Positions 59,221-64,000 of a stretch of 64,000 nt of DNA are shown one piece after another. Origin of the DNA: Steroidobacteraceae bacterium. GTDB taxonomy: Bacteria; Pseudomonadota; Gammaproteobacteria; Steroidobacterales; Steroidobacteraceae. Position 1 is the stretch's first letter. Each line of letters opens with the position of its first letter. Below the pieces are notes generated by a model. The model was given only the letters and a program-made list of their open reading frames with translations, was not told the origin of the DNA and made no database searches. The stretch covers positions 4,166 through 68,165 of the forward strand of contig DASTRL010000250.1 in the NCBI GenBank assembly GCA_035761265.1, in the 5' to 3' direction. The translations under genes were made by a program, and so were the position numbers.

Positions 59221-61206
59221 ATGATCAGCCGAAAAACAGCCATCGCGGCGCTGGCCGCCGTGGGCACACTCCTTTCTTTGACTGCCGCGGGCGCCACGCG
59301 GCAGGACGTCGTCGCCCTCAAGGAGGCGGCGCGTACCGGCGAGGCGGCGCGCCTCGCGCCGCTCCTGTCGGTGATGCAGCGCGCCGCGGCCAAGCGCAAC
59401 CTGCAGACCGAAACCGCGCGCGGCACGCGCAAGATTCCGGGACTGCGCACGCGTGAGGGCTACGTCTCCGTCAGTGCATACGGCGATGACCTCGCCGGAC
59501 TGCGCGCGCAGCTCGTGGCCAAGGGCATGAAGGAGGCGAAACTGCACGCCACGGCGGTCTCGGGCCGCGTGCCGGTGAGCGCGCTCGCGGACATGGCGCG
59601 CACCAGCGGTCTCAAGTTCATGCGTCCGGCGCTGGCGATCACGCGCGCCGGCTCGGTGACCTCGCAGGGCGATCGCTCGCTGCGCGCCGATCTGGCCCGC
59701 GCGGAGAGCGGCGTCAACGGACGCGGCATCCGCGTCGGCGTGCTGTCCGACAGCTACGACTGCGCGACCGGACCGTTCGAGCCGGGTGCGCCATTCACGC
59801 GTGCCGCGCAGGACATTGCCCGCAACGATCTGCCGCGCGACGTGCTGGTACTCAAGGACATGTCCGAGACGCCTTCGCCGGACTGCACGGACGAGGGTCG
59901 CGCGATGATGCAGATCATCCACGACGTCGCTCCGGGAGCCTCGCAGGCGTTCTATACCGCGTTCGAGAGTGACGCGGATTTCGCCGACGGCATCCGCGCG
60001 CTCGCCGCGGCGGGCGCCAAGGTCATCGTCGACGACGTCATCTATTTCGAAGAGCCCATGTTCGAGGACGGCATCATCGCGCAGGCCGTGGACGACGTTT
60101 ACAAGGATGGCGTGGCGTACTTCTCGTCGGCCGGCAACGATGCGCGTGCCTCATATGAATCCGCCTTCCGGCTTTCCAACCAGGTCGGCTGGAGCGGCAG
60201 GCGCCACGACTTCGACGGTGGCCGGCGCGTGGATGGCCTGCAGGGCGCCACGCTCGGTGCGGGCAGCATCACCTGGCTGACGCTGCAGTGGGACCAGCCG
60301 TCGCTCTCGGCCAACGGCAAGCGCGGCGCGCTGAGCGACGTCGACGTGTTGCTCTACGATGCCAACGGCGAACTCGTCGACTTCTGCCCCGACTCGCCCA
60401 CGCTGCCGGCGAACACCGTTTGCCAGTTCCCGGGCGCCTTCCCCAACGTCGGGCTCGACGCGATCGAGTCCGCCATTTTGGTGAACACCACGGGTCAGGA
60501 CGTCGAAGTGCAGATCGGCATCGAGCTGTTCGAGGGCCCGACGCCTAACTACCTGAAATACGTCTGGTTCGATCTCGACGCCGGACTGTTCTCGGTCAAC
60601 GAGTACGACACCGCCAGCGGCACGGTGTATGGCCACGCCAACGCGGCCGGCGCCGAGGCGGTTGGTGCCGCGGCCTGGTACCAGACCGAGGAGTGGGGCA
60701 GCCCGCTGCGCCCGCAGTGCGTGCCCGCCTGCCTGAACAACTTCTCCTCGGCGGGCGGCGTGCCGATCCTGTTCGGCAAGAATGGCCGCCGACTGCCATT
60801 CCCCGAGATCCGCCTGAAGCCCGGCGTCACCGGCCCGGACGGCGGCAACACCTCGTTCGCCTTCTTCGACTTGAGCTTCGAGATCCCGGGCACCACCGAA
60901 CCCGATGGATTCCCGAACTTCTTCGGCACCTCGGCGTCGGCGCCGCACGTGGCCGCCGTGGCGGCGTTGATGCTCGATCAGAGGCAGCGGGACGTGGCGG
61001 CACGTAAGCGCTTCATCGGACCCCGGAATCTGTCACCTGATGTCATCTACTGGACTCTGCGGCTGACCGCCAATGACATGAAACTGCGTAATTTCGGGGG
61101 CGACATCGGCCCGCAACGGGTCGATAATGCCAACGGGTTCGATTTCGACACCGGATTCGGATTCGTGGACGCGCAGCGGGCGCTGCGCGCGACCCGGGGC
61201 TTCTAA
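59221..61206 (+). CDS. secreted S8 family (subtilisin-like) serine peptidase
   Basis: Signal peptide. Catalytic triad contexts VGVLSDS (Asp), IIHDVAPGA (His) and GTSASAPHVAAVAAL (Ser). Confidence 0.88.
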   Translation: MISRKTAIAALAAVGTLLSLTAAGATRQDVVALKEAARTGEAARLAPLLSVMQRAAAKRNLQTETARGTRKIPGLRTREGYVSVSAYGDDLAGLRAQLVAKGMKEAKLHATAVSGRVPVSALADMARTSGLKFMRPALAITRAGSVTSQGDRSLRADLARAESGVNGRGIRVGVLSDSYDCATGPFEPGAPFTRAAQDIARNDLPRDVLVLKDMSETPSPDCTDEGRAMMQIIHDVAPGASQAFYTAFESDADFADGIRALAAAGAKVIVDDVIYFEEPMFEDGIIAQAVDDVYKDGVAYFSSAGNDARASYESAFRLSNQVGWSGRRHDFDGGRRVDGLQGATLGAGSITWLTLQWDQPSLSANGKRGALSDVDVLLYDANGELVDFCPDSPTLPANTVCQFPGAFPNVGLDAIESAILVNTTGQDVEVQIGIELFEGPTPNYLKYVWFDLDAGLFSVNEYDTASGTVYGHANAAGAEAVGAAAWYQTEEWGSPLRPQCVPACLNNFSSAGGVPILFGKNGRRLPFPEIRLKPGVTGPDGGNTSFAFFDLSFEIPGTTEPDGFPNFFGTSASAPHVAAVAALMLDQRQRDVAARKRFIGPRNLSPDVIYWTLRLTANDMKLRNFGGDIGPQRVDNANGFDFDTGFGFVDAQRALRATRGF

Positions 61207-61302
61207 CCAGTCAGGTTGCACCGGCACCCGTTGCGGCGGGTGCCGGTCACTGCCTGGCCGGGGCGCCCGGGCAGTTAGACCAAGCTAAGGAGCCAGCCGA
61301 TC

Positions 61303-61986
61303 ATGTGCCTGCCTGCACGTGCAGTTGCCACGATTCTCGCGTCCACCGTGCTTTGCGCCGTGGCCCAGGCCCAGACGGGTCCCACCGATCCGGAAATCAT
61401 CGCGGGTGCCCGCACTGCCAGGATCAGCCTCGGCGGCAAGAAACCCGAAGGCTTCCTGACGGGAACGGTGCGGGTCACCGAAGACGGTCGCGTGCGCGAC
61501 GTGCTGGTGACCGAGAACACCTCCGACGGCTTGGAGCAGGAACTGGTCAAGGTGCTGGAGAGTGCGCGTTTTCGTCCCGCGATCGACGCTTCCGGCCGCC
61601 CGGTGGAAGGCAGCATCGAAATGAAGGTGGAACTGCGCGAGTCCACCGGCTCCGAGCCCAAGCCGGCGCGCGCCAAGCCGGATGCGCAGCTCGCCGACAA
61701 GGAAAAGGCGCGCATCAAGCGGATGCGCTGCTCGGACTTCCTCTGGGAGTGGAACCTGCTGCGCGAGCAATCGAACGACCCGGCGGCGATCGAATTCATG
61801 CCGCGCATGGCCACCGCCATGTACGCTTCCTTGCGATCCGAGGCCGGCGACTACGTCGACGCGAAGGTGTGGAAGGCCTCGCCGAAGGCCTTGCGGGAAG
61901 CCGCCGACCAGTGCAAGGACAATCCCGGCGCGCCCTTCTGGGACGGGATCTTCAAGAGCGTGATGGACGAAGCCGTTCCCAAGTAG
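61303..61986 (+). CDS. secreted two-domain protein: TonB-C-terminal-like domain plus Cys-containing helical domain
   Basis: Signal peptide. The block VRVTEDGRVRDVLVTENTSDGLEQELVKVLESARFRPA resembles the TonB_C fold. The C-terminal half (MRCSDF...QCKDNP) resembles HdeA-like small periplasmic domains. Low certainty on both. Confidence 0.6.
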   Translation: MCLPARAVATILASTVLCAVAQAQTGPTDPEIIAGARTARISLGGKKPEGFLTGTVRVTEDGRVRDVLVTENTSDGLEQELVKVLESARFRPAIDASGRPVEGSIEMKVELRESTGSEPKPARAKPDAQLADKEKARIKRMRCSDFLWEWNLLREQSNDPAAIEFMPRMATAMYASLRSEAGDYVDAKVWKASPKALREAADQCKDNPGAPFWDGIFKSVMDEAVPK

Positions 61987-62046
61987 GATTTCCCTCCCTT
62001 TTGGCTGATTGAATTCCCGGCGGGATGCTCCAAGCTCGCAGGTAAC

Positions 62047-62976
62047 ATGCACGCACTTTCGATCCGCGGACTGACGAAAACCTACAAGAACGGCGTCCAG
62101 GCACTCAAAGGCGTGGATCTCGACGTGGAGCGCGGCGACTTCTTCGCGCTGCTCGGGCCGAACGGCGCGGGCAAGACCACGCTGATCGGCATCCTGACGT
62201 CATTGGTCAACAAGACCGCCGGGACCGTGAAGGTGTTCGGCCACGACATCGATCGCGAACTCGAGGCGGCGAAGGCCTGCATCGGCATCGTGCCGCAGGA
62301 AATCAACTTCAACCAGTTCGAGACGCCGCAGACCATCCTGGTGAACCAGGCGGGGTTCTATGGCATCGAGCGCGGCCTGGCGCGCGAACGCACCGACAAG
62401 TACCTGTCGCTGCTGCAGCTGGATGACAAGCGCAACAAGATGGCGCGCGGCCTCTCCGGCGGCATGAAGCGCCGGCTCATGATCGCGCGCGCGCTGGTGC
62501 ACGAGCCGCGGCTGCTGATCCTCGACGAACCCACCGCGGGGGTGGACATCGAGATCCGCCGCTCGATGTGGGACTTCCTGCGCGAGATCAATGCCCGCGG
62601 CACCACGATCATCCTGACCACTCACTACCTCGAGGAAGCCGAAACGCTCTGCCGCAACATCGCCATCATCAACGGCGGGTTGATCGCCGAGCGCGACCGC
62701 ATGTCGAGCCTGTTGCGCAAGCTGCAGGCGGAGACCTTCGTGCTGAACCTGCGCGAAGCGGTGTCCAGCGTGCCGCAGGTGCCCGGCTACGAGTTCGACC
62801 TCATCGACGAGCACACGCTCGAAGTGGAAGTGTCCAAGGAGCAGAGCCTCAACGAAGTGTTCGCCAAGCTGTCCGAGCAGGGCATCGGTGTGCTCTCCAT
62901 GCGCAACAAGGTGAACCGCCTGGAGGAGCTGTTCATGAAGCTGGTGGAGCGCAAGGGCGGCGAGGCGCGCGCATGA
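62047..62976 (+). CDS. ABC transporter ATP-binding protein (ABC-2/YadG type)
   Basis: Walker A GPNGAGKTT, signature LSGGMKRR and Walker B LLILDEP. Confidence 0.93.
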   Translation: MHALSIRGLTKTYKNGVQALKGVDLDVERGDFFALLGPNGAGKTTLIGILTSLVNKTAGTVKVFGHDIDRELEAAKACIGIVPQEINFNQFETPQTILVNQAGFYGIERGLARERTDKYLSLLQLDDKRNKMARGLSGGMKRRLMIARALVHEPRLLILDEPTAGVDIEIRRSMWDFLREINARGTTIILTTHYLEEAETLCRNIAIINGGLIAERDRMSSLLRKLQAETFVLNLREAVSSVPQVPGYEFDLIDEHTLEVEVSKEQSLNEVFAKLSEQGIGVLSMRNKVNRLEELFMKLVERKGGEARA

Positions 62977-63794
62977 GCACCGGCGCCACCGAAGTGTCGC
63001 GCGCGGCCGATTCGCCCAAGGGCCTGGAGCGTGCGCGCTGGACCGGCCTCAAGACCATCATCATCCGCGAGTACGGGCGCATCATCCGCATCTGGGCGCA
63101 GACCATCGTGCCCTCGGCGGTCACCTCGGCGCTGTACTTCGTGATCTTCGGCAGCTTGATCGGGCGCCGGGTCGGACTCATGGATGGCGTGCCCTACATG
63201 CAGTACATCGCGCCCGGCCTCATCATGATGGCCGTGATCACCAATTCCTACGGCAACGTGGTGTCCTCGTTCTTCGGCGCGAAGTTCGGCAAGCACGTCG
63301 AGGAGATGCTGGTGGCGCCGCTGCCGAACTGGATCATCGTGCTCGGCTACGTCGGCGGCGGCCTGGTGCGCGGGCTGCTGGTGGGCGGCGCCGTGACCAT
63401 CGTGTCGCTGACCTTCACGAAGCTGCACGTGCACCACGCGCTGGTCATCGTGGCGGCGGTGGTGCTGACCTCGGTGATATTCGCGCTCGGCGGCTTCATC
63501 AACGCGCTGTTCGCCAAGAATTTCGACCAGGTGAACTGGATCCCGACCTTCGTGCTCACGCCGCTCACGTATTTCGGCGGCGTGTTCTATTCGATCACGC
63601 TGCTGCCGGAATGGGCGCGCCACGTGTCGTACGCCAATCCCATCCTGCACATGGTCAACGCCTTCCGCTTCGGATTCCTCGGCACGAGCGACGTGAACGT
63701 CTACGTGGCGTTCACCATCATGCTGGCGTCCGCCATCTTGATGTTCGCCATCGCCGTGTTCTTCATGAACCGCGGCACCGGCATGCGCGAATAA
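62973..63794 (+). CDS. ABC-2 type transporter permease (YadH type)
   Basis: 273 aa from ATG 62973 (ATGA overlap with the ATPase stop) with six hydrophobic segments. Confidence 0.9.
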   Translation: MSTGATEVSRAADSPKGLERARWTGLKTIIIREYGRIIRIWAQTIVPSAVTSALYFVIFGSLIGRRVGLMDGVPYMQYIAPGLIMMAVITNSYGNVVSSFFGAKFGKHVEEMLVAPLPNWIIVLGYVGGGLVRGLLVGGAVTIVSLTFTKLHVHHALVIVAAVVLTSVIFALGGFINALFAKNFDQVNWIPTFVLTPLTYFGGVFYSITLLPEWARHVSYANPILHMVNAFRFGFLGTSDVNVYVAFTIMLASAILMFAIAVFFMNRGTGMRE

Positions 63795-63801
63795 CCTCAG
63801 G

Positions 63802-64000
63802 CTACTGCGAGGCTTCCTCGGCCGCGGCGCGCGCCTCGGCGGCGCTCTTCTGCGCGTCCTCGATCTGCTTGCGGACCTTCTCTTCGGTTTCTTTCGCCTG
63901 CTTGGCCTGCTCGGCGGCGGACGCACCTTCGCTGGCGGCAGTGGCGCCGACTTCCGCCAGACCGCACCCGGCCAACAGCGTGGCGCAAATCGCGGCGAGT
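63802..64000 (-). CDS. small lipoprotein with Ala/Glu/Lys-rich mature part, 5' end outside window
   Basis: Hand translation in frame with TAG at 63802-63804 gives ...LAAICATLLAGCGLAEVGATAASEG...KQIEDAQKSAAEARAAAEEASQ*, with lipobox LLAGC. The track shows a different, Arg-rich frame, which I consider spurious. Confidence 0.55.
   Translation of the reverse strand, partial: LAAICATLLAGCGLAEVGATAASEGASAAEQAKQAKETEEKVRKQIEDAQKSAAEARAAAEEASQ

Noticed and set aside
1-64000. CRISPR arrays, prophage, transposases, toxin-antitoxin or known defence-system genes
   Set aside because: I saw no direct-repeat/spacer periodicity, no integrase, transposase, terminase or capsid-like translations, and no nuclease/helicase/methylase clusters in any frame. 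The only accessory-looking DNA is the 1.4-kb low-GC islet.

Overview
High-GC (roughly two-thirds G+C by eye) chromosomal segment with gammaproteobacterial-type gene content and synteny: hslVU, xerC-DUF484-dapF, glnK-amtB, engB/polA and tamAB. I support about 70 protein genes, one tRNA-Arg(CCG), several terminators and a few regulatory sites. Most genes are core housekeeping: korAB, ppa, fabH-like, hslVU, xerC, dapF, amtB/glnK, yifB, corA, dsbA, cytochromes c4/c5, engB, polA, tamAB, nudC, alkB and an ABC-2 exporter. I found no CRISPR array, prophage, transposase or recognisable defence system. Seven things are not routine. (1) A minus-strand arginine operon, argR-argG-X-argC-argD-argF'-argB-argH, is built around an N-acylornithine carbamoyltransferase. 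It lacks argA/argJ and argE, and contains an unrecognisable two-domain P-loop protein (X) translationally coupled between argG and argC. (2) Three tandem paralogous genes encode Cys-rich secreted proteins with no recognisable domain. (3) A sigma-E-type promoter plus a strong terminator define a candidate ~113-nt sRNA in the engB/polA gap, the position of Spot 42/ErsA. A second sigma-E-type promoter sits next to it, in front of a small beta-barrel OMP gene. (4) A ~1.4-kb low-GC islet truncates a ferredoxin-reductase-like gene. It carries a 40-codon signal-peptide ORF ending in a YD-repeat-like motif, followed by a CPBP/Abi intramembrane protease. (5) Related long palindromic elements bracket ppa, one with a perfect 44-bp stem. 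(6) The octamer CCTAACAA/TTGTTAGG is over-represented and occurs in different reading frames, forcing rare TTA codons. (7) An orphan FlhC-like regulator lies divergent from an unknown gene across a perfect AT-rich palindrome, next to a secreted S8 peptidase. Many long ORFs in the six-frame track are antisense or alternative-frame shadows typical of high-GC DNA and were not called.
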